From Glaucostegus cemiculus (Eukaryota): 64,000 bases of DNA. The number at the start of each line of letters is the position of its first letter. Position 1 is the stretch's first letter. Under the pieces are notes generated by a model. That model was given only the letters and a program-made list of their open reading frames with translations, did no database searches and was not told where the DNA came from. Position numbers and translations under genes: made by a program. This document shows, piece after piece, positions 47,498-59,465 of this stretch. The stretch spans positions 372,001 to 436,000 of the forward strand of contig CDPCPM010000259.1 in the NCBI GenBank assembly GCA_976551045.1, written 5' to 3'.

Positions 47498-47903
47498 ACT
47501 GATGGAAAAGGATCTGCTGTCTCCTCTCTACATGTGCCACCTGGTCCAACAAGACTGGTTCACTGTCTTTGAGTACTTGGCTGACACATAATCCTTCATC
47601 CCTTAATTTCTCTCTCCTATAATTTTGTTTTTGATGGCATCTCGTCATTTGCTTATTTGACTTATTTTCCATTTTTCAATCTGACATGTCCTTTTACTAA
47701 AAGCTTTTGCCATTGCCACAGCTTGGTTGCCAAACCTGCAGGAATATTCAGGAAGTAAAGATTAATCTCCTGAATCCTGTTATGAGCAAACCTTGAAAGA
47801 AAAATTTTCGGAGATATTTAACAAAGATCGTTGGACTACATTTTGCTTTTTTGACACTTAAGTGTCATGAAAAAAATACGTAGATGGAATAATAGTAGTA
47901 GAT

Positions 47904-48180
47904 GGCGGCACGATAGCGTAGCGGTTAGCGCGACGCTGTTACAGCGCCAGCGATCGGGGTTCGGTTCTGTCGCTGACTGTAAGGAGTTTGTACGTTCTCC
48001 CGTGTCTGCTTGGGTTTCCTCCGGGTGCTCTGGTTTCCTCCCACATTCTAAAGACGTACGGGTAGGTTAATTTGGGGGTTTAGAATGGGCGGCGTGGACT
48101 TGTTGGGCCGAAGGGGCCTGTTACCATGCTGTAAATAAAATAAATTTAATACAAAATAAATTTTAAAAAAAAATTTAAAT
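47904..48180 (+). mobile_element. V-SINE (HE1-related), young near full-length copy
   Basis: tRNA head GGCGGCACGATAGCGTAGCGG..GGTTCG; V domain GGAGTTTGTACGTTCTCCC..TTTCCTCCCACATTC; tail GGGCCGAAGGGGCCTG plus A-rich end; CpG-rich. Confidence 0.92.
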
Positions 48181-48584
48181 AAGCAGTTTAACTAGCCACA
48201 GTGGTCAATGCTGAAACATCAAATGATGATACCTCCATAAACACACACAAGCAAAGGTAACAGCCCTAATTGCACACCTCATGGTGAGTAACACAACACA
48301 GACCAGGGTCTGAATATGGAAACTCATTCACATCTCTTGCTGGAAAGCATTTTCATTTTGTTATGAATACTTAGTTGATATTTTTCTTCCTTCCATTGTC
48401 GGTATTACATTTCAGACAAGGCTATGTGGGGACATGTAACTGATCCAGCCAGTCTTCCAAAGCTGGAAGATTAGTTTCTTGGGGCCTTGATGCTGTATAC
48501 ATTGCAGGCTGCCTCTGTAATGCCTGTTCACTTCTTGTGTTTTGTCTAAAAACATTTTTTAAAAAAAAAGGAGACAGAATTTTT

Positions 48585-48990
48585 AGCACCATTCACAAAC
48601 ATCTCAAAGCATCTTCAAATTGATTGTTTTAATCTAGGAAACGTGGCAGTCAATTAGGACACAGCAAGTTAACACAACAGCAATGTGATATTGATTGGGT
48701 GATCTATCCGAATTAGAAACGTGGACTGAGGGATAAATATCTGCCAAGAGACTGGAAGAACATCTCTCTTCTTTGAAACAATGCCATGGGATCTTTAGTG
48801 AATGCATGAGCAATGTAGATGATGCATCAGTTTAATATTCCATCTGAAAGTCAGTATCTCCAACTGTGCAGTACTGTCTCAGTACTGCATGGGAGCATCA
48901 GTCTGGATTTTAATACCCAAACACCTAAAGCAGGGCTTGAACCAAAAACCTTCTGGTTCAGAGATGTGAATACTTGCAACTCAGCATCAC
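48585..48990 (-). mobile_element. Deu-domain SINE, near full length
   Basis: TGAGGGATAAATAT..TGCCATGGGATCTTT..GTTTAATATTCCATCTGAAAG..CAGTACTGCA..CTTGAACC..ACCTTCTG. Confidence 0.85.
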
Positions 48991-49859
48991 ACAATATAAT
49001 TTAAATGCAGAGGCTTTCTCCAAGATTGCAATCAATTAGAAGTTTATGGAACAAAAGCATTGCCTGCCACCATCGTCAGGGGCTGCTGGACTTTTGGACC
49101 CACTTCTTGCAAGATACACAACCTGTGGACACTGATTAATCAGCCCTGTACTCTGCAGTTCCTGGACATGGCTATTCAGGTGTCAGATTAGTAGAAGTGG
49201 TTCCCCTGCAGTGGCAAGTGCAGCCAGTAAATGAGGTTATATTTGGATGCAGTCTCCTGTGCTCCCTTCACCCAAGTGCTCACACTGCATGTTCCACCCA
49301 GATGTGAGCCATGCCTCACAACTTGGCCAGTTCAGGTCCACAACTGTCGGCTGGTGGTAAAAGGAGGAACTCCTGCCTTACTGTATCCAGTAAAATCCCA
49401 GAAGAGGCTGCAGCTGGCATCAGTCAAAGGAATGAAATAGATGGGCCACATGGCCTGTAGGGTGCCTGTTGATCTTGTGGTGCAGTTTATCATTGGGCAG
49501 GGCCTTTATCCAGCTAAACACAGAAGGGGAAGTTTGGCAAGTCTTCTTGTCCTGTATTAAATGAGTTATCCTGTTTGGAGTTAAATCGATTCTTATTCCT
49601 TCTAAGGTTGGAGAGATGGAGCTGCTCCAAAGGGTCAGTCACTGTGCTGAACGGTAATGAGTTCTGAGGCCTTCATTCACAATGTGCTGAGCTGGGTCCC
49701 CAGTCACCAGCTGCCAGCCTTGATGTCAATGATAGCTTCCCAGGAGAAGGCAGGTTGTACAAATATATCTCCCATGAAGGCACATCACCAATGTTTTATT
49801 TTGGTCCCCGGGTCACCTATAGAAAGAGAGGTTTTAAAAGCCTGAGTAGAATCGTAATC

Positions 49860-50260
49860 TCTGCATGTTAACACGTGATTTACTGCAGCAGAGATAACAG
49901 AGCAATAAAATGCCAAATACAGCAAATTTATGATGGTAGCTCACAGCTACCTACTCTATTGGAATTGACATTCCCAAGGGAAGGCTCTTTCCATCCTGTG
50001 TTAAATGGTTTAACACTTTCATTAAACTATCAGACAGATTAATTTCATACAACCACGTTAATATCATCTAGCACCATTTCACCTGACCAAACAATTATCT
50101 ATCCCACTGCACTAATAGAGTGTCCCACTAAAGGTAAGACCACATTAATGTAATGACATATCTCAGCTTCAGCCCCAGAGGAGCGTCCTAATTAGCCAAG
50201 TCTGACACTTCTACCTTTACCGATACACAACCGTCAAAAATTGAAAAGGTTTGCCCTCCC
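49860..50260. promoter_or_regulatory. Candidate conserved non-coding element
   Basis: Repeat-free; TTTATGA, GATTAATTT, AACAAT, CATTAATG and CTAATTAG (palindromic homeodomain) motifs. Confidence 0.4.
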
Positions 50261-50974
50261 AAATGCAGAGTGTTCAGCAGTGCTGCTTGCCCCACCCTCT
50301 GATGTTGCAATTGTTGGTGATAGTCACAAGCTGGGGAAGTAGAGTTTTCTAAAGTGGGTTATTGGCATCTCGTGAAACAGAGAACCTTCCCAGCAGTAAG
50401 TCTTCCAAGCCACAAACCTCAGCCTAGAAATTGTTCTCTGCTAAGCAATGCGCTGGCCTATTTCTGCTCATGAGCTGCAAACTGATCTCCACAGACAGGT
50501 GCTCTTATCACTGAAGCAGGCCTCCCATTCGTAGTGAAAGCCTGCTCATGCATGAGTGGTCAGACCAAACTCTGGCCACTTAAGTGTGATTGGATTTCCC
50601 AAAAGTGAAGCTTGATCACCATTGCACACCATCTCCTGTGTCTTGCCACCCCCCTGTGTCTGTGTGTCATGCACATGGGGGACCTGGAAGCAATTGTATG
50701 AACTTTGTTAAAGATGCAATGAGTACAATTGGATCAGTTTTCAGGTGAAATTCAATAGCAAAGCACACATAAGATGCATATGTCGATAGATTAAATGCAA
50801 GGAAGCCTAGAAATTCTATTCATCTAAGCTGGGTCTGAGTACAGGTCCAGAGGTTAAAGAAGCCCAATGCCTCACCCTTCACACTTTCCAGGTGTGTTTA
50901 AGAAGTGAAAACTATTTGAATTAAAATAAGTAATTTTAAGGAAAGTGCCAGATTGTCAAGCTACTTACCAGTAA

Positions 50975-51215
50975 CAAAAACTTCAAAATAAACTTGCCCT
51001 TAACTCTGACATTGCAAAACATCCCAACATAATTGGCAGAGAAAATTTGAAACACAGTTTCATATTAGGACAGGTGAGCAAAAGCCTGGCCAGAGCTCAT
51101 CTTGAAGGAGCAACTTAAAGAAAGAGAGAAAGGTTCAGAGGCCGAGGTGTTCACAGGGATAGGGAGGGTGTTGCGGTGGGGAGAAGGGGAGTGGGCCTTT
51201 GAAATATGATTAAAA
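50975..51215 (-). mobile_element. L2 3' end fragment
   Basis: ATATTAGGACAGGTGAGCAAAAGCCTGG..AAGGAGCAACTTAAAGAAAGAGAG. Confidence 0.7.
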
Positions 51216-51244
51216 TTTTAATGAAAACTTAACTCTTGGCACCC

Positions 51245-51415
51245 TTCCTGAGATCAGGACATCTCAAAACCCTTCACAGTCAGTGAAGTGCTTATAGATG
51301 GTTATGTTGGAAACACAGCAAGCAGCCAATTTGTTTATGGCTAGCTCCAGTGAATGCCAATGCTAAATGACCACCATCTGTTTCAATGGCTTTAGTTGAG
51401 GGATATATAATTAGC
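51245..51415 (-). mobile_element. Deu-domain SINE 3' part
   Basis: CAGGACATCTCAAAACCCTTCACAG..GGAAACACAGC..GCCAATTTG..GTTGAGGGATA. Confidence 0.65.
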
Positions 51416-51695
51416 CTGGAAAATTGACACTTTTTTTTAACCTGAATAAAATTTTCCCTCCCTTACAACATAGAACTGGAGAAAGGTAAAGCATTATTCT
51501 TGTTAATACAAAGCATAAGGAGCAAGCTGGTGAAAAGGATTTTGTTGCTGGAGTTTAGCATAGTCTCTGCTCAAATAAAACAATTCATCTTTCAAAGCTG
51601 GTCACTGGGTAGTTATTATCAGGGGGATTTGCTGTTTCCCTTGCTGGAAAATTTCACCCTGACTGCTGCATTGTTCCTCATTGCACCTGTGGGTG

Positions 51696-51732
51696 ATGAG
51701 CGCCACCTGCTGGTTCAGCCTCAGGCTGCACC
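51696..51732 (-). promoter_or_regulatory. CTCF binding motif (core plus upstream module)
   Basis: Minus strand GGTGCAGCCTGAGGCTGAACCAGCAGGTGGCGCTC: core CCAGCAGGTGGCGC, with TGCAG 12 nt upstream. Confidence 0.7.
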
Positions 51733-52106
51733 ATCCCTACTGCCAACTGAGCTGAAAGTGGCCAAGGTGACCCTGCCAGACACTGTGAATGCCTAACTGT
51801 GTGTTAACCCATCATAGACAGCCAACCACTTGTTTTAACAGGGTATTAACAGCTTATTCTGAATGGGGAGAGGGGCAGAAAGCAAAGGTTGTAAATGTAT
51901 TTTTGTTTCCACAATTTGGGACCGCAAAAGGAATTGTAGCCCAGAAGATATCAAGGATCCAATGCTTATGGAGCAACACTCAGCACCTTGTTGACATCCT
52001 TCAAGTCAGTCACTGTTATCAATGGACAGCACTCTTCACTAAAATAGAAAACAACAGAATGACATGCAAGGAGATTAGAGCAAAGAAAGAGACTATTCTG
52101 CCCAGA

Positions 52107-52290
52107 GGAGACACAAGAGAACGCAGATGCTGGCATTTGGAACAACAAACTGACTGTGGGAGGAAAGGAATTGCCGATATTTCAGACCGAATGCCCTGCA
52201 TCAGGATGTCGACAATTCCTTTCCCCCCACAGATGCTGCTCGACCCGTTGAGTTCCTCCAGCACATTGTTTGTTGCTCCTGACTATTCCG
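52107..52290. mobile_element. Penelope-type palindromic element
   Basis: 27-nt inverted arms at 52154-52180 and 52206-52232 (3 mismatches) around a minus-strand CTGATGC..GAAA core. Confidence 0.85.
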
Positions 52291-53039
52291 TCCATCCTGT
52301 TTGAGCTGTTTGCTCTTTGAAAGTTTTTTCCCTGTAGCCCTGCAAACCTTTATCAAATATAAATATCCAGCAGAGTGCTGAGTAACAGAAGGAGAGTTCT
52401 AACTGACAGAGGTGTAGGGCACCACATGTTATATGTGAGAGGTTGAATCAATGGCTTTATACTGAGGCTAAGAGGTTATGGAGAAGGGAGGACAGGAGGG
52501 GGTTTGAGGATTGGATGGGGGAATAAAAGAAGAAGGAACAAAAGGCAGTGAGAAAGTAAAATATTTATTTTGTTAATGGATTTTTCAGTTTATATTCCCT
52601 GTAGACATTTCAGAAACATATTCTGTTACAGTTATGTGGCTACAGTTAGATCTAATAAAGAGATGAATGTTTATAAGAGAGCTCAGGGTTGCCTGGATAT
52701 AGCAATCAGAGAAATGCTTCAATAGATAAATTGTAAAAAAGGAAGAAAAGCCGGCATCTTAATTTTACCATTTACCCTTGAGTAATGTTTCAGCGCTCTG
52801 CAGTCTGAGTTCCACATCACCCATGGCTTGATTTTAGATCCGGATGTTGTACTACACAGGGCGATCCCAAGCACTCACATTCTCAACCATAGGGAAGATG
52901 GAGCTCCCTGGATGAATTCCCTCTCTCTGCTGAGTTAGCTCATTCCACCTACTGCAGCAATTACTCATAGTGCATTCAGCAGCAGTTTTACTCAGCTGTT
53001 GAGCTTGTATGGCTGGCTAATCATAAAATTACACCCTGT

Positions 53040-53170
53040 TGTGAGCATAGAATAGGCCATTTGGCCCAACAAATTGACACTGGTGTTAATGTTCCACAGG
53101 ACCCTTGCACCCTATTTCATCTCACCCCATTACTGCACACTCTGTTCCTTTTCCCCTCATGTATCTCAAT
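53040..53170 (-). mobile_element. CR1 3' tail, old
   Basis: AATAGGCCATTTGGCCCAACA..TGTTAATGTTCCACA..TTCATCTCACCCC. Confidence 0.55.
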
Positions 53171-54824
53171 CACTTCATGTGGTAATTTGGACTCCCCCAC
53201 TAAAGGAGACCTAACCAATAGAATACCTTCACAACTTAAGGACATTCTCCAGAGAAAAGGATCCCAAACTATTCAGGAGGAGAATGTCAGATGATGATGG
53301 AATTGAATAGACCTGGTCAAATCTTAGCTTTTACTGGGAGGTACAGGTGTTTGGAAAGGGTAAACATGCAAGATGGAAACCACCCCCTCTCCACACCCTG
53401 CACTGTTTCCTCCACAGGAGCCTCAGGAAACTGCATCCCTAAGCAACAGTTTTTAGCATATAGGTGCCCCTGAGCAAGGGCTATGGCTGCTGAAGCCAAC
53501 ACGCAGGCGAAGGGGGTGAGGAATTCAGGCAGTGGATGCCTATGTTTCCAATGTACCCCTCAGCAGGAGATGCTCAGGAGGAACATTTACACTTGCCTGC
53601 TATAAATGAAAAGATAAAAAGACTCAATTAGATCTGAGTGCGTGCCCTTCCATTTTCATTTGTATTTGAAACTCCCAGTAGCATTAAAGTGCACTAATCT
53701 TTCGAAGGTTAATTTATTCATAGATGCCTTGACAGAGATGTATGACTGAACTGCCAACCACAGGGAGAGCAGAGCAGTGCAGAGCTGTACCACAGGAGCC
53801 AGGCTTCTCATAAACCTATCCTCGGGATTCTGTCAGAGTTTGCCAGTGGGACGTGCGCAGTCATTGCCCTCGGCTCAGCTCCTGTAGGTGTATTCAAGAT
53901 CCCTGAGGATACGAACATTGTTGGGAAGTGATGCTGGACATGGGCTGGATCACACTGGGTGCATTTCCCATTTTACCATTGTATCAAAATCACTGGGACT
54001 GAGCATCAGGCCGAGAGAATGACAGGTTCCTTTTTCAAAAATTCCTTCTTTACCTTGTGTTCAATTTCATCGCAGCATCTTTAACATGCCTTGACTTTGA
54101 ACAAATGTGTGAAAGGAATTATAACAGGGCAGTCAGTTGTCAGAGTTAATGCAAGTGAAAATGGGAGGAGATGTAAATTGGACAGCTAATCACAACTTGT
54201 CTGGTTTACACCTTTACCTTAGTGAAATAACATTCTCTTCACCCTGCAATAAGAGGCGTGGGAACATTGGTGGGGATGAAGAGGAAGCTTTTGGGATGAG
54301 AAACATTTAACACTTAACAATAAAGGTTGCTAAAAGAAAATGGATTAAACTGCTAAGGCGGGCAGATTGAAGAGCAAGTTGAATGTATGTGGTATTCTTC
54401 AAACCAGACAAACAAGCTATATTCCAGTGGCCATTTGCAGTCCTGTGTCATCTCTGCTGTTTATGCTAGTGCTCTCTCAACTGCCTCATGGTTTATAGGT
54501 ACAACTGCTGAACGCAGACTTAAACACGTACTGTAGGGTAGAGTATGTTGTGTAGTTCGTTTGGCGTTAAAGAGCCACAAAGATGAAGACCAGGGAGGAA
54601 ATGTGCCATCTGTAACTGAGGCTGGGTCCTGAGTGAGGGAGCAAGGGGACTGATGGTCATAGGTTTGATCAGATGAGTGACTACAGTGAGAGAATGCTGG
54701 GGATCTGGGGAAAAGGGAAGGGTTTGGCAATCAGGTAAATGGCCAGGGCTGGAGAGCGGAGATTGAGGTTGTGCCCTGAATGCACTGTCAGGGGAGGCGG
54801 TAGAAGCAGAAATGCCAACAACAG

Positions 54825-54972
54825 CTGAGAGGTGTTTAGACAAACACCTGAACAGCCACGAAATAGAGGGACCATGTGCAGGCAGATGGCATTAGTTAGA
54901 TTGGCATCATGGTCGGCACAGACCTGGTGGGCTGAAGGGCCTGTTCCTGTGCTGTACTGTTTGTTCTATGTT
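54825..54972 (+). mobile_element. CR1 3' tail
   Basis: GGCATCATGGTCGGCACAGACCTGGTGGGCTGAAGGGCCTGTTCCTGTGCTGTACTGT..TTCTATGTTC. Confidence 0.85.
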
Positions 54973-55189
54973 CCCTCTCTCTCTGAGGTCTCCATCAGGG
55001 ACCCAGAAATCAGAGGACAAGGTGATCTTTGTCCTCAGTGGTTGAGAAGTGTTCTGGAGCTTGGATTGGGGAGACACTGATGGAGTGGCAGGTAGGGTTG
55101 GGCAAGATCTATCAGTGTTTCTCAGCATGGCTGCAGGAAGGTCTCAGGATACCTGCAAAAGCACTAAAGTTCCAAACTCACTGGGTGAG

Positions 55190-55741
55190 CCCAGGCACTG
55201 ACTTCTCAGCAGGAGCTCACTGATGAAAACCACTCACAACTTCCTGCACCATCTCTGACTTGGTACAGCATCCACAGGCCTATTCATCTGAATGGAGATT
55301 GGAGGGCTGCAGGGAAAAATGGGGAGGTTAATTATATTATTTTAATCCTTTAAATATTGCTTCATGTTTTTAATTATTTAAGAGCTTTTTGAAGTGTTTT
55401 CAGTTTTTATTTTTAAACAATGTACTTATAATTTTTTTGATTACTTATTTCATTTTTAGTATTTTGTAAACATTCCTGATGTCATGACATTTGATAATTT
55501 TGACAGCTTTGACTGACAATCTTTGTCTCTGACTTCTAGGGGAGTTTTGTTGATGAGGACTCTTTTGGCTTACTCACATGAGTCAGTTACACTGGTGGAT
55601 GTCTTGACATTAGCTCGGCCCTTGCCTCTTGCTTCTGGGACCCTTGGCACCAGCAAGACAGCCTTTTCAAATCCAGAGAAGGTAAGTTCAAGGCATCAGA
55701 GAGAGTGGACACTGGGGCACCACTTAGGAAAATCCGGGCAA
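55190..55741. mobile_element. Possible Harbinger-type non-autonomous element remnant
   Basis: AT-rich core with GC-richer flanks, ending GGAAAATCCGGGC (TIR-like); left end not resolved. Confidence 0.3.
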
Positions 55742-55784
55742 TGATTATTGAGGGGACATACTGCAATGGTTTATTGTTGAGGTA

Positions 55785-56060
55785 ACACCTCTTCCGTTTT
55801 CCTCATGACAGCAGAGATTCTCCTGCATTCTGGGGTCCCGGTCTCCCTCCAATACTTTGGCAATCACCAGACAACTAGACAGGGCAATCAACAATTGTTC
55901 ATTAGTGGCCAACCCTGTTCTTACCTAACATCCCACATACACTTTCAGTACAAAATGGATAGAAATGGGAACGGGAACCTCAATGGATTTTTTTTCTCTT
56001 TATCCTAGAAGCCTGGATGTAAACTGTAGTGCCCCTAATCCTCACCTCAACTGGAATTTG
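55785..56060 (-). mobile_element. Ancient SINE-like dispersed repeat (family X)
   Basis: GGATAGAAATGGGAACGGGAACCTC..GATTTTTTTCTC, matching the 10490-10505 segment. Confidence 0.45.
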
Positions 56061-56417
56061 AGCCTCTGCTCTTCCCAGACTTGAATCTTTTTTTTTAATT
56101 AAACAGGTACTTCAAGAAGTGAAATATTCCACATTCCTGATGTTCAAATGAGGCTTGTGCACATTTTTAAAAGGTAGCTGCAGGAATGTGTGTGGAACCA
56201 ATTGTATGGCATCTGTCATACCTTGCCTTCATTGATTAATACACTTGCACAATTCTTTGCTCAGCACCCTCTACTTAGAAACAGGAAACAAGTTCATTCA
56301 CCTCTCGGACCAAACTTGCAACCTCATTGTTTTACAAGGCAGCCAATGGAGGCAAGGCTGCTATATAAATGGGGTATCATACGCACCAAACATACTTGGA
56401 CCTTTCACTGCGTGTTA

Positions 56418-56812
56418 ACCAGAGCTCAGCTGATACTGCTTTCACCTCTGAATCAGAAGGTTGTGGGTTCAAACCATGGCCCAGGAACTTGAGCACAAAA
56501 GATCTAAAAGAGCTAGGCTGACTTTCTAAGGGCTGGTCAGGATTGCTCATTGGATGAGATTTTAAATTGGGAGCCCTATGAACCCTCTGAATTGGAGACA
56601 ACACCATTGAAAGAAAAGCAGCAGGGTTTTCTCTGGAGCCCTGCAGAATATTTATCCCTCAAACAACAACGAGATGATTTGATCACCACAAAGCTGCTTA
56701 CAAATTGGCTGCTGTGTTTCATACAATATAACAGTGATTATAATTCAGAAGGGCTTGATTGCCGGCATTCTGCTTTGAGATGTCCTGAGGTTCTGAAAGG
56801 AGGTCTTTAATT
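56418..56812 (+). mobile_element. Deu-domain SINE, near full length
   Basis: GCTCAGCTGATAC..CTCTGAATCAGAAGGTTGTGGGTTCAAACC..AATATTTATCCCTCAA..AAATTGGCTGC..TGTCCTGAGGTTCTGAAAGG. Confidence 0.85.
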
Positions 56813-57769
56813 TGCACTGTTCAGACACCTGACAGAATAAAGAAAAGTACATTTTTTAATTCTGGGCAGGTGAGATCACCTAGTGAAGTCAAGAGTCACT
56901 GAGTGGTGTTGTTCGTTTTTCAAATGTGTAATTTGGGGTTCCTTGATGGTTCAATGCTGCAAAGGTGCGTGTGCATGTGTGATAAGGAGGGGAAGGAGTG
57001 CTGGTGGTGAATAACACAGGAAGGAAATGTGGGAGATTCAGTGGTAACACATCAGTTGCCTTCAGCACCCTGAGCTTTGGGCTGGGGTAGTAAGTCACCC
57101 TTCATTCTACCTTCCTGACTGCCATTCAATAGCCAAGCTGGGAGATGTACACCTGGGAAGTTTTCCGGCCAGTGGACCCAGACACCTTGCAGCTACAGAT
57201 CACAACTAATCACAAGATTGGGTGCACGCAAGTCAAATCCAGAGAGTTCCCAGTTTAGCTTTGAACTCCCAACCCCAATATGAATTGTTAGAACCATGCC
57301 AAATATTTAAATAGACATGTGGAGATGGCTAGTCAGTTGGACAAAGAGTTACCCCACTTCTGGCATCGCCCCCATGGAAAAAGGGGAAAATTGGATCACA
57401 AGCCAACTGCACCACATAGGAACAAATAAAACAGGATGCAATACTTGCCCAGCCCTCAAAGTGTTAATGCATTCTGAGAGGAAGTTCCGCCATACCTCAT
57501 AAATCCAAGGATTTCTTTGCAAGAAGTCTTTCCCGTGCAAGTGGCCGCTGTGAGTTCCTGGACTTGTACACTGACAGCTTGTAAAACCGGTCCGCAACAT
57601 CTGAGAGGAATTAACAGCCCAGATCTGGCAGAGTTCGAGCTGAAAGTGTCAGTAGTCCAGTCCAGCACCCTGCAGACAAGCACAGGCCTCTGCCACTGCT
57701 GCATCCAATTTGATACAAGCCATGCCAAACCTGGAACTGATTCTGTTTTGTTACCTTTCTCTCGGCCGC

Positions 57770-58950
57770 ACTAATGAGGATGGGTAGCAATACAATTGTT
57801 GACCTGCCCATCACTCCCATGAAGCTTCTCCTCAATGGAAAACCTCATATCTCATGCATAGGTCAGAATGGCTTGTATGTCTGCACAAAAATATAGAAAA
57901 GGAAGGATTTAAAAAAAAATGAATGAATGAATATATCAATGAAAACTGGACAACCCTCCAGTCTAACAAGCCAAGCGGACAAAATGGTACAGGGCACAAG
58001 ATGTGTCTGCAGTGAAACATTCCTTTGTTGTTCTGTGTTTAGAGCTCTACCCATGTTTGTCTTTATATCAATCATTTCTGTCATAACTTCATATCTATTA
58101 CACTTAAGAACTTGTCAAACCTATCGTTACTTAATTTGCCTGTTTTATTCCCTATATTTTCAAATGCTCCACACATGATTGACTCTTCTGTAAGCAGAGA
58201 GGGAGAAGGAAAATTCAAGGCAAATCAAAGCTTCCCAGTTCTGAAGTTTTTTTTCAAGCCAAGTCTATGTACAGCTATGCCTTCAATTAACATCATTCTG
58301 CTAAATCCTTCATGTCAGCCCAGGGCAGTGAATGGAAACCTCTTCCTTCTTGTTTCAATCTTTCGCCAAGTCCATTTGCCTTGAGCTCATCTAATTGAAA
58401 GTGATCTTCGGTACGAGCCCCCTCCTGCCTAATCCTTGTCTGAAGTAACCCACATGGTCCTCATTATAGCCACACCGGTCTCTTTTATTCAATTTCTCAT
58501 TCGTTTCTGCCAGATGCATTTTTTAAGATGACATTATTAACTCCATGCTCATGAGTTCCTGTCCGCGACAGAGGCCAATAGATGTTATCAAGCAGCATAG
58601 ATGTATACTGTTACCTCTCAAGTATTCTATAGATTACATTTTGTGCAAAAGGCAATTGAGGGCTTTATAACTTTAATAAAACTGAAACCCAAACGCACAT
58701 TTATGTAAACAGTAATATAGAAGAGTGTGACTGTGTACCTTGGGTTTTAGTAATATGGGATGCAGTCAGATGTATGTGATAGACATTTACAAGAGGGGGC
58801 TCAAAGGGATTTCAAATAGTATTGTGGTGAAGGCTGCTTTGCAACTTTAGAATCTTCCCTGGCCAAAATCTTAATCAAATTTATTTGAACAGTGAAGCAA
58901 TTCATTGGGCAAAATGTCCTGTTAATGCTCAGTCCTTGGAGGGGAACTTC
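57770..58950. promoter_or_regulatory. Candidate conserved non-coding cluster
   Basis: About 1.1 kb repeat-free; ACAATTGT, CAATTAA, CTAATTG, TAATCC and TGTAAAC (Fox) motifs; retained CpGs. Confidence 0.4.
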
Positions 58951-59149
58951 TTCACAGATGAAGTACGGAAAGAAGTTTTTAAAGTTGTTAACGCTGGATA
59001 CAGATGTCTGTTGTCATCTGTGAGGTATCAATGAGAAAGCGACAAGGAAATGGCCTGCTGCATCTAAAGTTTGTTCACTTTTTGTTCTCAACTAGTCTAC
59101 CAAGGTCTAAACTGGCAGGTCAAGTACGTAGGAAGTACCGTTGCTTGTT

Positions 59150-59465
59150 TGTTCAGGGAGGAGAAACAAAAAGGGCACTGTGCATTGAGAAGCAGCACAG
59201 TGAAAGGAGGAGGATCAATAGCAGAAGAGCCAGGCTGGAGAAGAGAAGAAATCTTAAAGCAGTGAGTTGTTACAATCCAGAACACATGAAAGAGCAACAG
59301 AAGCAGGTTCAGTTTTAACTCTCGGAAGGGAACTGGATAAATATTTGTAAAGAAAACATTGGTAGACCACAAAGTTCAGAACCGCCAGACTGAATCTAAT
59401 GGGATAGCTCTTCCAAAGAGGTTCAATGGGCCAAATGGCCTGCTCCTTTATTGTGCACTTCCACA
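59150..59465 (+). mobile_element. CR1 3' fragment, old
   Basis: AACAAAAAGGGCAC..GGGAACTGGATAAATATTTG..GGATAGCTCTTCCAAAGAG..ATGGGCCAAATGGCCTGCTCC. Confidence 0.7.

Noticed and set aside
47904-47975. tRNA gene
   Set aside because: It is a tRNA-derived SINE head running straight into the V domain; no complete cloverleaf.
51789-52304. Longest ORF (171 aa)
   Set aside because: Its 3' third reads through a Penelope-type palindrome; no domain recognised.
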